Positions 11,390-23,783 of a stretch of 64,000 nucleotides of DNA are shown here, in pieces. The position numbers were made by a program, and so were the translations under genes. Position 1 is the first letter of the stretch. Every line of letters begins with the position of its first letter. This stretch comes from Zancudomyces culisetae HAW-14-8 (lineage: Eukaryota > Fungi > Kickxellomycota): the NCBI GenBank assembly GCA_052426225.1, contig JBNJNM010000010.1, positions 868,001 through 932,000 of the forward strand. The letters are read 5' to 3'. Below the pieces are notes generated by a model. It did no database searches. It was not told the DNA's origin and worked only from the letters and a program-made list of their open reading frames with translations.

Positions 11390-11815
11390 TCTCACGAACT
11401 GATTCTAGAATGTTCGATAACGTTCTAGAATCATCTGATTTTATTCCGCAGTAATGTTTAGAATGTTCCCCAACATTCTAGAACATTACCGAAAATTCAC
11501 ATTATTTCTTAATTTTTCTTACGTAATAATTTACACATGTTTAATTTTATTAGCATTCATATTTGATTTTTGTTTGATTACTAATCAAATTGGATTAGTA
11601 ATCAAACACGTTGTTCTTTAGGTTGCATTTGTAGCTATTCCACAGTTTTCATAGTGATTTTGTTCAAAAACCAAGACTGGAAAAAAGTATAAAAAGGGTA
11701 CAATTTGCCTGTCTTGGATTCAGTATCTAGTATCTAGTATCTAGTATCTTGTATTCATTCATACAATAAGCTTTAATGATAATAAATATAACTCTCCAGA
11801 CTCCAGATCTTGACA
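11390..11815 (+). mobile_element. Solo LTR, family C (chromoviral), inserted at the end of Gypsy 1 RNase H
   Basis: T(C)TCACGAAC...CTTGACA with TSD ATACC/GTACC; homologous to 40599-41017; pol reads EFTMV|YRKVKLNIADALSR across it. Confidence 0.9.
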
Positions 11816-14625
11816 GTACCATTGTAAATTCATACACGCTTAGTTGTAGACTTCACCTTGCTATACTGCCTGTTCCCTCCTTAGATTTAAACATGATTGA
11901 CAACGCTGAGTGGTCTGTTACCAGTATAAACTGCCGCCCCCAAATGTAGTTTCTATATTGATTTATACCCAATATGACTCCCAACCCTTCTAGGTGAGTA
12001 GCTGAATAATTTTTTTCAGCCTTGCTCAAAGTCCTGCTGGCGTAAGCTATAGGATATTCTTTGCCGTCGTATTCCTGACTCAATATCGCTCCTAGTCCTT
12101 TTCCTGAAGCATCAGTCGTAACTATAAAATCTTTATCCCAATTTGGATATATTAATATAGGTGCATTGACTAGACTAGATTTTAATATTTCTACTGCATG
12201 ACTATGTGTATTATTCCAATGCCATGGGATATCTTTTCTCAACAAATCTGTTAATGGTTTCGCTATTTGAGCGTAGTTTTTTATGAACTTTCGATAATAC
12301 CCTGTTGTACCTAAAACACTCTGTAATTCTTTAATGTTAGTTGGGTCTTTTATGGTTAGCATGGCTTTTACCTTTTCTGAATTGGTATGCACTCCTTGAT
12401 TCGAAATAATATGTCCTAGGTAATGAAGTTTGTTTTGTCCAAAACTGCATTTTTTCCTATTCAACTTAATCTTTGCGCTACGTAAAAGCTCAAATACACT
12501 AGCTAAGTCTTTTGTATGTTGTTCTACAGAGTTTGAATATACGATTATATTGTCAATAAAAACCAGGGCGCATTTCCATAATACTGGTCTTAATACCCTT
12601 TCCATTAAACGTTGAAACGTTGCAGGACTGTTACATAAGCCAAAAGGCATTACGTTATAACAAAAAAGTTCTTCTCCTGGCAACGCAAACGCTGTTTTTT
12701 CTTTGTCTTCCTGTCGCACTCGAACCAGCCAAAATCCTGCAAGTGCGTCCAATGAGCTATAAACCATTGCCCCTGCGAGTGCATCAAAAATATCTGAAAT
12801 TATAGGAAGCGGATAGGTGTCCTTTTTAGTTATTGCATTAAGTTTTCTAAAATCTGAGCATATACGTATAGATCCGTCTTTTTTCCACACCGTGACAACT
12901 GGAGCACACCAGTCCGAGTTGCAAGGTTCAATAATTCCCTTTTCTTTCATTCTGCGTAACTCTTCTCGGGCTAAATCCTTCATCATGTGTGGAATTCGAT
13001 AGGGACGTTGTTTAATTGGCGGATGATTACCTGTGTCGATTGCGTGTTCAACAATATCTGTACCTTCTAAGTCTGTATAGTCTTCCACTAGTATATCATT
13101 GTTTTTATTTATTAAATCTACAATTTGTGGAGAAGTATCAGTAAATATATTGCATTCCATTAACAAAACCTCTTTACCAACACCTACTAGTTCTTCCTTG
13201 TTTGTAGTATCACTGCTTTGTGAACTTGTACTTAAAGGAATTGATAGTTTACACCCCTTAGTAGGTATCATCAGCTCATTGTCTTTCATTTTTATCGTGA
13301 CATCATATTTTAATAACCAGTTGGTTCCTAGAATGAGAGAAGACTTTTTAGTATCCATAACTATAAAGTCGACCTCAAAGTTAAGGTTCGCAAAACTGAT
13401 TGGAACTTTTTCAACAATTCCCAGGGTCAAATGTTGGTTACCATCTGCCGTGGTTATTATTTGCTTATTACTGGCGTTTAGTCTTAGTCCTGTTTGCCTT
13501 AACACGTATTCAGGCATTACACAGCAAGCTGCGCCTGTATCCACAATTGTAGTAAACTTTAAGCCATTTATAGTAGCAACAGTTCTACAATTTGAGACGT
13601 TTAATTCATCTGAGCTATTTATAAATACCTCCTTCTCCATCGGCTTACATAACTCAAATAGTTGGTTTTTTACAGTAGGGGATATTTTTAGTAACTGTTG
13701 TATAGATATATCTGCCTTTAATTTGTTCAGGTGAGCTGTTATGTTATAGTCTTCAGAAGTTTTTACGGTTGTAGTATCTAAACTATTGTTTTTTATCTTT
13801 AATATATTATTATTTGAATTGTAGTTTTTAAAGTTTTCATTTGTTTTTGTGTTTTCAAAATTATCTTCATTTTTTTGTATGATTTCATAGTTATCTTCAT
13901 TTTTTTGCATGGTTTTATAGTTATCTTCAATTTTTTTCAATGTATTCTGGTTATCTTCATTTTTATGATTGTTGTTGTAATTGTTATTTTTGTCATTATT
14001 AGGGTTTAGTTGATCATTAATAGATCCGAAATTACTAAAACTTGGTTCTTCCACAAAAGGATTATTTACTTCAGACGATATACCGTATGATTTGTGCTTA
14101 ACGAACCTTTGGTTGTCTTCCTCTTCAATTTTCCTTTTTTCAGTAGCGAATAATTCAATTTCATTGTCTTTGATATCGGTAAATGTTATATTCGACAAGT
14201 CCTTATTTTGAAAAGTCAAATTTTCCACTTCTATGCAAGCTACCGGATTGGTAGGGTTTCCTTTGTTATCCATTTTTGATACAGCCTGTGGTTTTGGGTC
14301 TCTTTTTTCATTGCTGTTGTATTTACTTGTTTGGTTTGTACTTGTACGATTAACATAGGTATTTTGATACCTACCATCGTTTCTTTCATAGTTGTTAGTG
14401 TTATATCTGTTTTGGGGCCGATTCCTTTGGTTAGTAACTTCTAGTAGGCATGTTTTTAGATCATTAAACATGAATAAAAGTTCCTCATACTTTTTATCTC
14501 CTTCGTTTTTAACAGGCTCTGAACTTATTCGAGACTTAATTGTGGTGCATATTTTATTTAGTCTCTCGGTTTCCATAATGGAGGTAATTGCCTCTTTATA
14601 TGTTTTGCACCTATCACTCAATATT

Positions 14626-14746
14626 TGTCAGGAAACTAATTTATTTAAGTTGGGAAACTTAATGTTCCCAAGTTAGGATTCAAAGGTAATTAAATATGAT
14701 TAAAATTAAATATTAAAACTTATGGGTAAATAATGCGATTCTGACA
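14626..14746. mobile_element. 121-bp miniature LTR-like insertion in gag
   Basis: TGTCAGGAA...TTCTGACA with perfect TSD ATATT; removing it restores the gag-pol frame. Confidence 0.9.
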
Positions 14747-15339
14747 ATATTCCTTTTTGTGCTTCCGGGTCCATGGCAGCAAAAAGTAGTTTAAACTTTA
14801 TTGCATCATCTGAAATTTTAGCTGTATTAAAGAGCTTTTCAATTTTTGAGACTAGCTCTTCCACGTCTTCTTCAGGTGTCTTTTTAAGCAGCTGTAACTG
14901 GTTCCAGGCTATAAGTTCACCTTCAGGACCTTCAAACTGAAGTATGAACTTGTTTTTGATTTCACTCCAAGTGTTATCTTCGCTACACTCGCGTTCAAAC
15001 CATAGTAGTGCACGACCTTCCAGGTATAATTCCATAAGATCTACCATGTCTTTATCTTTCCAACCATTTCTTCTAGCACACAGTTCATATCTTCTAATCC
15101 ATTTAGATGGATCCATATTGGAGTTTGTGCTGAAAATTTCTGGTTCAATCAATTTGTAATTAAGAATCATAGGATTACACATTGTTGGTGCAGTATTATC
15201 ACTGGCCTGATTTTGTATGAGCCGCTGCTTTTCTTGGTGTGTTTCAACAGCCTTTTCTGCCACTGCTTTTGCGGACACTTGATTGCTTTTTCTGACATCA
15301 TTTTACTTTTTTCTTATTTATTAAATAATACTATTTGTT

Positions 15340-15358
15340 AGCCTAGCTGGGAGCGCCA
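15340..15358 (-). promoter_or_regulatory. Primer-binding site TGGCGCTCCCAGCTAGGCT
   Basis: Starts 4 nt inside the 5' LTR and is complementary to a tRNA 3' end ...CUAGCUGGGAGCGCCA (G discriminator; Asn or Arg candidate, not confirmed). Confidence 0.75.
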
Positions 15359-16541
15359 AAAGTGTCGTATAAAATTTACTATTGTTTCTATGTATACGAT
15401 TATGTGAAATTTGAAGGTAAAGTTCGAAACAGAGGTAATTATCTTTGCTTATATCTAATTTCCGTTGTACTAATAAATAAGTTTATACTAATAAATACTA
15501 CTAAAAGATAGGATAATAAATAATTGTTAATTTTGCTCACAATAGGATGTTCGGTTGATCCTATTGTGAGAAGATTAACCGCCGATCCTGAGATTCTCTC
15601 TAGAAAAATCTTAATGTATAATTTCCCGACACTAACAAAACATGTCATATGAAAATATGATTTGAACAAAAATTCAATAGTTTTTAGAATTATAGTATTA
15701 GGAAATTAGCGGTATTTTTAGATTGGACTTTTTTCCCCTCGTGGTTTTTGTCCAGCGATTTATTATAGTTGAATAGTTTATTTAGATATTTATTAACGTG
15801 AGTGTTTCGGGGTTTAAGACAACGTCCACAGAATTGAAATAAAGTAACTCTTAACAAACAAATTTAAATTCTAAGTTTTAACATAGTATATACAATAAAC
15901 CAAAATATATCGTTAGTTATTTAGAAATACATAGTTAAGTAATAAAATAAAATTTAATCACAAAAAACTGTCATATAGCAAATTGACAATCGATTCGTAT
16001 CTGGTAACGAATCCGAAATGCATTAGTTTTTTTTATCCTAGTGATTTTTTCTAATAACATTTCGTTTTTTAATATAATATTTTAGTAGTATCTTATTTAA
16101 GTGTTTTTTAGTTAGTTTTTTATAAAAGTTACACAATATATAGTTAATATGGTAAATAAGATATACACTTAGGTCTGAAATAGAACATATTATATTTAAA
16201 AATAGAATATCATAGTTTTATATTGAGCATAGTAGATTAAATTATAAGTGATACTTGCATAAAAACAATAGTGTCTGACAAAACATGTCGTATAGTAATA
16301 CGATTAGAACTCTTAATCCATTGAGATTTCAAATCTCAATATTTTATTGTAGTTAAATTATAGTATAGTATCATATTTTTAGATTGGACTTTTTTCCCCC
16401 CGTGGTTTTGTCCATGGATTTATACTTAGATTTTTGAAAATAATTATCGATAAGTTTAGTGGGTTAATGCTAACGCCCACTTGAAATTTAAATCAAACAA
16501 GCTTAACAGAATATTAAAATAGATATAAGTTTTAATAAGTA

Positions 16542-18100
16542 CAGTGAGTTTCAAAAATGTCTCAAAATAATAAATATAATTTTCAAAGTGAAATATCTCG
16601 CTCAATAATATCCAGAAATTATATGTTTTTATATTATAAAATGCACAAATGTTATATTCAGATTATTATTATTGTATTTATATTGGTTAAAAATTCATAT
16701 GAAATTATAAATTGAAAAAATTACAAAAATGAGACAATTTTGGGAATATTTCAAAAAAAAAATTTAAACTATCATAACTTTATGAATTCAAATTTTAAAT
16801 TTTTAAACTTTTACAAATAATAATATATATAATTGTTATACTAATCAAAATAATAATTTTTTAAAAAATGATATCTGAACAACGTAAACTGGATATAAAT
16901 AACGCGATACTTGAAGGCAGAAACATTGACCAAATCATTATAGAACATGGAGTTAGTAAAGCAACAATATACAGTATAAAAGCAGCAATGAATATCAATT
17001 TACCGGCTAATAAACTCGGTCGTCCAACGAAGCTTTCACCCCAAAGCAAGCGAATATGTACTGGATGATATTATCTGGAGAGTATCGATCTGCTACTTCG
17101 ATACAAAAGAAGTTAGAAATGGATAATATTGTTAGTGCTAGTAAGTCTACAATATATAGGGCTTTTAATGATCTAAAAGCCGTTGCAAAAAAAAAACCTC
17201 CAAACCGAAACTGAGCCTTAAAAATATTGCAAAAAGGTTGAGATTCGCAAAATCTCATCGCCACTGGACTACTAATGATTGGAGACAAGTAATTTGGTCC
17301 GACGGAACTAAAATCAACCGATTTGGATCTGATGGAAATGAATGGACTTGGGTTCGTGATGGTGTGAGTCTACAGCCGCACAATATTAACCAGACCGTAA
17401 AACACGGTGGAGGATCATTAATGATTTGGGGATGCATCACAGCATCTGGAACTGGCTACATGTGCCGAATAGAAGGATTGTTAAACAAGGAAGATTATTT
17501 AAACATTTTAAAAGACGAGCTTAGCAATACAATAAAGTACTACAAGTTGGATCCCAAGTCAATAATATTTCAACATGACAATGATCCTAAACATACCTCA
17601 AAGTTAGTTACATGCTGGCTTGAAAACCAGAAATATAATACATTGGACTGGCCGCCACAATCTCCAGACTTAAACCCAATCGAAACTATATGGGCAATCA
17701 TCAAAAGACGCCTAAATAGATACAGTAAACCTCCGTCCGGGATGATCGAATTATGGGAGCGAATAGAAACGGAATGGAATTTAATTTCAGTGGAAACAAT
17801 ACTTGGTCTTATAGATAGTATGCCCAAAACAGTTGAGGCAGTTATTAAGTCTAAAGGAAGGTGGACAGAATTTTAAAGTTTTTTTTTGAAAAATTCCCAA
17901 AATGTCTCATTTATAAAATTTTTTCAATTTATAATTTTATAATGAATTTATAACCAATAATGATACTAATTATATAAAATTAAATTATACCAATTGTGCA
18001 TTATATTATATATAATTATCTAATTTCTGGATTTTATTGAGCGAGATATTACACTTTGAAAATTATTTACATTATTTTGAGACATTTTTGAAACTTATTG
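16542..18100 (+). mobile_element. Tc1/mariner DD34E transposon, family 1, copy 2 (inverted relative to copy 1)
   Basis: TA-flanked; internal ORFs (16868-17068, 17238-17876) translate identically to copy 1 with the same frameshifts; the outer TIR parts differ. Confidence 0.96.
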
Positions 18101-19401
18101 TATTATGTGATTAAAAGATTACTTTATTCATTTTTGTTGAGGGTATTCTCCTATTCTTTGAAATATCTTCAATAATAATACTAAATGTTATCCTACTTAA
18201 TGACTAAAAATATTGATCGACAAAAACCACGAGGGGAAAAAGGTACAATCTCAGTTAACTATACTAATATTAATAAAACTCAATAATTTAAACTAAAAAT
18301 AACTATCGTCGTTTTCTCATACGACATGTTGTGTCGTATAGTAGAAATGTTTTACGTCCTACTTGAAAGCTATTGGCCATCAAGCACTACACGAGACGGG
18401 TCGCTAATAGTTACTATTATAATTATTTTATGTACTATTTTTATATTCAAGAGACGTCAAATTGTCAGGACTTGACAACTGAGTTATATTATTATTATTT
18501 TAAGTTTGAAACTAAAGTTAAAGAAAGTTGATATTTTATTTGCTAAAGGTTTTTATCAATAAAATCACTAAGTATTTATAGTTTTAAAACTCACTATTAA
18601 TTCGATTATAATTTATCGATAATAAATAACTAGGCATGAAACAAAATAGCACAACTCGTATTTAATTAATTTAATATGGAGTTGGGGTTGGGGAATTGAA
18701 AAAGAACATTAACCAATTTTGGTTTACCCAAAATGTGGATAATATCCTTTTTCCCAAAATGTGGCTAATTTTGATTTTACCCAAAATGTCATGATTGGAT
18801 CATGACAAACATAAATGCATAACCAGTCTATAAATGAAGGATCGCTTTGCCTGAAAAAATACAATGTACACAGTAAGACATTAGAAGATTATTTATTGAC
18901 ACTATTAGTACCACTACTCGCTGAAATACTAATAGTTTCACTGAGAATAGTTTTATTACGCTTTTTGAAGAAAATGGTAGACCATATTTCTTGAGGTGCA
19001 TATAGAGAGTGTGTGTGATGAGAATCCAGAACCACTTCACTTTGTCACATCAGTGATCATTTCTCATATTCAAACCAAGCTAGTTATACATCAACAAAAA
19101 TCCCAATTCTAAATATTAAACATTCTCACTTCTCCATCAATATAATATATGTCTATCATTTTCACCACCTTGCCGACATTTGTGCACATTATCCTGTAAC
19201 TTTGTCATATGATCTAAAACGTATGATGCTGCTATATCATCTAATCGATTTGATAATGTATATTTATGATCTTAAATCAAAAAATCAGAATTGTTACTAA
19301 ATCTTTATGTTTATATCCAGCATCAAGTTTCTGGAACTCACCCAAGTCTCATTTGAAATATACTTACAGAAATATCCTACTCTGATGTAAAACGCAATAT
19401 A
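18101..19401 (+). repeat. 1.3-kb direct duplication, copy 2
   Basis: Matches 5411-6710 up to ...AAACGCAATATA. Confidence 0.95.
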
Positions 19402-21189
19402 GTTATAACCACACCTATCTCCTAAATCTATCGACTTATTATGACCAAATGGTGTCACTCATACCAGCAACTGTTCTCCTTCAACATCTGTTACTAGAGT
19501 TCACCAGAATTACCTTCACAGGAGTCATTTCCATTGTATCTTTCTTGGCAGATCATTGATTCATTGTTGTATTTCCAGTTTCTGTCAATATTGCTGCAGT
19601 TAGAGCTACTAAAGTTTTTCACTGTGGTTTTCAGTAAAGTATCAGAAATATTCTAGGTATTTGACACTGTAACACCCCAACCTAAAGTCACCACTGGTAG
19701 CTTATCATATAATCTGAATGAATAAATTTTGACAGGGCTACAAGATAATTTCCAACTGGTTTTTCTAGCTTGAATAACGCGATTTCGCGAGCTTTACATG
19801 TACTTTAATCTCCTGAATTATTTTTGCTACATTTTAATAATTGGTTTCGGAATTTGGATCGCCAAGAGAAATGTTTCCGAGTACAATCTGTAGCAATCTG
19901 GGCTGAATTGTACATTTTTCATGATTACACAATGGCCTGCAGTAACTATATAGTTTTCGGTATTAACGATCCGGTTCATTTATACGTAAAAATGTTATTA
20001 TATCTTATAAGTACTATCGCTACAAATCCAAACTTTCACTGTTTGTCTCAACACCATTGATAATTCTATATTCAATTCTCACTTCACTGCCTTGGTCCAC
20101 TTCTGATTTCAATATCATTTCTGTACCTTACTGCGTACCCTGGGATATGCATTATGAAGTTTGAAAATATAAAAACAATATTTTCGTAAATCTCATTGTA
20201 TCCGTGATATATGTTTATTTTATATATTATGAAAAAATAAAATCTGAAAATATCTTTCATGAGCATGTTGATTATGATCTAACAAAATATTCTTTCCCGA
20301 AACTCAACTTATTTATACATTCCCAAACGCTAGAAAATTTTTATTTTTTCATCTATTAACTATAAGATTTGAATTATGAACAAAAATAGTAAAGTGATTT
20401 TTCACTATTCTTCTTCAGCTTTAGTTATATCCGAATTAAAGGTATACTGCTAGCTACAATTAGTGAACGCAAGAAGATTCTTAATTATTTATTAACAAAA
20501 TTGTATAAGTTACTGGAACGGATAAAACAATACTTCAAAAAGGGAAAAATAAACCCACTCTAGTTAAGCTAGTTAGATAACTATTAGAATAAATGGAAGG
20601 TAGGGTCCAACTACATCTCAAAATGACACAATCAACTTCGCAACTAAAATGGTGTCTTGTTGCATTAAATAAGTATACGTAGATCTGTTACATAGGGATT
20701 TTATGAAAATTTAATATATTTGTTAGTGGACTTTAAAAAGTACAAAACTTATTCGAAAAGCATATTCATTCCCTTAGTAATCCACCTTATTACATTATTG
20801 TTACAAAGTGGTCAATATATAACATATGTGGTAAAAAAAGCATATTCTTCATCGTTTAATCTTGACTAGAGTTGTCGGTGTATTCCAGTATATTTGGATT
20901 AACGAACTAAAATTATTATCTGTTTTTGTAATCATGTAACAGGGACTGTAGGGTAAAGAATAGAATATGTGGTAGATAAGCGGATAGGTGATTCACCTTT
21001 AACCCCGGCTTTATATCCTATTTGTACCTAGTTTATGGATGCTATTAATTTCCAAACCGAAAATAAAAATAACCAGAAAAAGGTACAGGTGTGTGTCAGT
21101 ACATAATACATGTTATTATACTATCACAGCTTATCTTTAATTAATTTCAGCCTTTATTAAATTGCTGACTACTTATTGTGAAGGACTAT

Positions 21190-22980
21190 AATAAATATAC
21201 AAACTTTCAGGTGAATAAAACATCCCGAACATTAGAATAAACAACATCATTGCCGGGAATCGTACTACCAGTGCCAAATGTGCTCATTCCTATGTAGTTT
21301 ACTGGAGAAACGTTGTTTAGTGCCAGACTTTTCAAATGAGCAAGATCAACCGTTTTATTTTCGGCTGTAAAAATGTTCTCAAATGAACTAAAAAATAAGT
21401 TGAAAGAGTTTCAAAATCGTCAAACGTTTTAAAATCCAAATCAATGTGGTTTTTTAGATGACTTTGCAGTACCAGCCCGGATCCTATCTTTATGGAGTGT
21501 TTTGACTTGTAGATGTAAAATGGAATTACGTTTTCCTGCTCTGGAGTTGATTATTTGGCACTGTCATCTTGGTTGTTATCCACAGTAGTGGTTTTTTTAA
21601 ATACAGGCAAAGGATCTGATATTATTTCTATGTTTTTGTTTTCTTCAAACAAAAAATAAGAAAAATTCTCAGGTAAAGCTGTTAATAGTGTGGAGTTCAT
21701 AGACGGGTTTATTTTATCTGCTGTTCCAGCTGTGCTCTTTGCTATGGAGCTAGGTGTTTTGACATCATAAGCATATGTTGTTCTTGTCTTTCTATCAGAC
21801 TCTCGATTTTTCTCATTTTCATTGACCAAAGTGATTATTCAGATATTGTGATAACCTGCGACTTCTTGTTTGAATTTATAAAATTTAAATCCAGTTGGCC
21901 ATTGCCATATTTTGATCCCGAATGCACTTGTTCAAGTTGTGTTCTTGTTGTGCTTGCATTACTATCTATATTCTCGGTTTCATCCGCTATACTTTTGTTG
22001 TCTTTTACTACCTCTGCTTTATCAGCTGATGCACCAATGGACTCATCGCTATTTCTTCTTTCGAGCATATTCCCAGGTGTAATCGAATTACCTGGACTAT
22101 ATAGGTTATCTGTAGCACTTTTTTTGTTTGATGAGTAGTCTACTTGAATAATTTCTGTATCCACTACCGACTTATCTGGATTGTAGTTTGACGAGTCGCC
22201 ATTAAAACTGATGTTGGGAACATAACTTTTGTAGTCCATCGAAGTCATAAGTGGCTGTTCAGTTGTGGCATAAGTATCTGTGTTGAGATTGTCAAAATTT
22301 GTATACAGCGCCCTGGTCTTTATCTGGTTGCTAATATATTCTGTACAAGTCTGAATATCGAATATTTCTGGGTTGAATATTTTACTTTCTGGCTTGTAAA
22401 TGCCACTAAAGCGATTAGACAATATAATTTTTACTTTTCGTAAGATTATACTAGGGTACGAGGATAAATATACATCTAGCAGTTTTGATAAATCTGTATT
22501 TCAAGACCAGTATCTGTTGAAGCACTACTAATACCAGCCGAAGATAGGAATCCTGTGATTATAAATGATCCATTAGAGTCTTCACACGGATTTCTTATGT
22601 ACTGCACAGAGTTATATGACTGGCATATCTCTTGGATTTTTTCATCTTTTCCAAATGCAGTAGGATGGGTATTGGTAGGGTTATGTGATTGTGATTGTGA
22701 TTGTTTTACCTTTGCTTTACTTTTACTTGCAGCTGGTGAGCGGGATGTTGAATTTTTTCTTTTGGAGTCTTTACTCTCACTTTTTCTAGGAGTACCAGCT
22801 GTTTTGTCTTGGATAGGTGGGGTGAAAAACGTAGGTTCTATAACGAGATCGTCAAGTTCAAATACATGGTTTGATGAAACAGTTGATAAGTCCATTCTTT
22901 CACTTGCAGACTGTGTTTGCAAGCTCAGTTCTGTAAAGTTGTAGAGATCCTTAAGCTTATATACAAAGGTTGGATATTTT
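21190..22980 (-). pseudogene. Disrupted Ser/Thr/Lys-rich protein gene of unknown function
   Basis: Three consecutive same-strand ORFs (22922-22476, 22422-21835, 21829-21551) with protein-like composition, separated by stops or frameshifts; no recognisable domain. Confidence 0.45.
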
Positions 22981-23783
22981 ATCAGTTTTGTTACATTATG
23001 GGTTCACTCTTTTCGTTTATACAAGTCATTTGATGTACCTGTAGTATATTCATATTGAAAACTCGTTGGTAACACTAATATAGTACTTATTAAGGTAAGT
23101 TGAAACGCTCTCATTTTAAAGTATACTAGTTAATTCGAAAACAATCGTTTACAATGACAAATAAGAATAAGACTGTGTTTTTGAAACGATGAAGCGTAAA
23201 AAAACACGTTTACCCACATATTTATAGTTGTTATTTCTAAACTTAAGACATAGTTATTACATATCTAAAGCTTTTAAAAACCAAAAAAATTATAAACCAA
23301 AGAAATTTCATGAAAATATTTATTAAACTTGGCACATACAAACCATAGTATATCAACATGACAGAAAATTAAAAATATCTGGGTAAACCGTGGTCAGCTA
23401 GAAAGAATTGATAGTTAAGAAAATATGTTATCTTAAGTTAGTCAGAACTTGAGTTTAATTTTTTTATGGATTAATAAATCAACCTATAATACAATTAATC
23501 AATTTTATAACTTTTTTTATAGTAACTCAAGAGTGATAATGTCCCACTAATCCCCGCCCACAGCCAAAAGTAAAATATAAATTGAGGCAAGTAAAAAGAT
23601 AGTTTTTCATTTTATTTGTTCGGTTTTTTTATTTAGTTGTTTATATTTCTATTACTAATAATTCGCGGTAAAAGGTTAATCAACAAAAAAACGATAATGA
23701 AAAGTATCACCCAGTTTATGAGTCACTTAAAAAGCTCTCTGTTAGAAGAATAATTAAATAAAACCACACAAAATTACATCAGA

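Larger units (their letters stand above)
9434..15298 (-). pseudogene. Single-frame gag-pol polyprotein of Gypsy element 1, disrupted
   Basis: ORFs 15278-14706 and 14621-11853 join in frame (QKGILSDRC) once the 121-bp insert is removed. RT motif reads FIDN; TGA at 11853; integrase pieces at 10973-10410 and 9625-9434. Confidence 0.9.
8371..15631 (-). mobile_element. Ty3/Gypsy LTR retrotransposon 1 (no chromodomain), full length but interrupted by four nested insertions
   Basis: LTRs at 15363-15631 and 8371-9423; PBS 15340-15358; PPT AAAGAAGGGGG 9425-9435. Order is gag, PR (DTGA), RT, RNase H, IN (GQVERFN, WEGPY). Flanks TTCAC/CTAAC do not form a clean TSD. Confidence 0.96.

Noticed and set aside
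13099-13734. 211-aa plus-strand ORF and other antisense ORFs over TE and host genes
   Set aside because: Shadow ORFs opposite real coding frames, with no independent support.
16381-18252. A MULE/MITE with paired TIRs into which Tc1 inserted
   Set aside because: The two halves do not rejoin across the Tc1 and no TSD is visible; the pairing is a by-product of the inversion.
5411-19401. RIP-like hypermutation between duplicated copies
   Set aside because: The few differences include transversions and indels and the Tc1 interiors look identical; no dinucleotide bias can be supported by eye.
18808-20270. Old pseudogene in moderately GC-richer sequence (partly duplicated at 6116-6710)
   Set aside because: Only short open stretches with no identifiable motif.
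21190-22980. Disordered C-terminal tail of MCM9
   Set aside because: Same strand and plausible composition, but the intervening AAA+ core is absent and there is no recognisable similarity.
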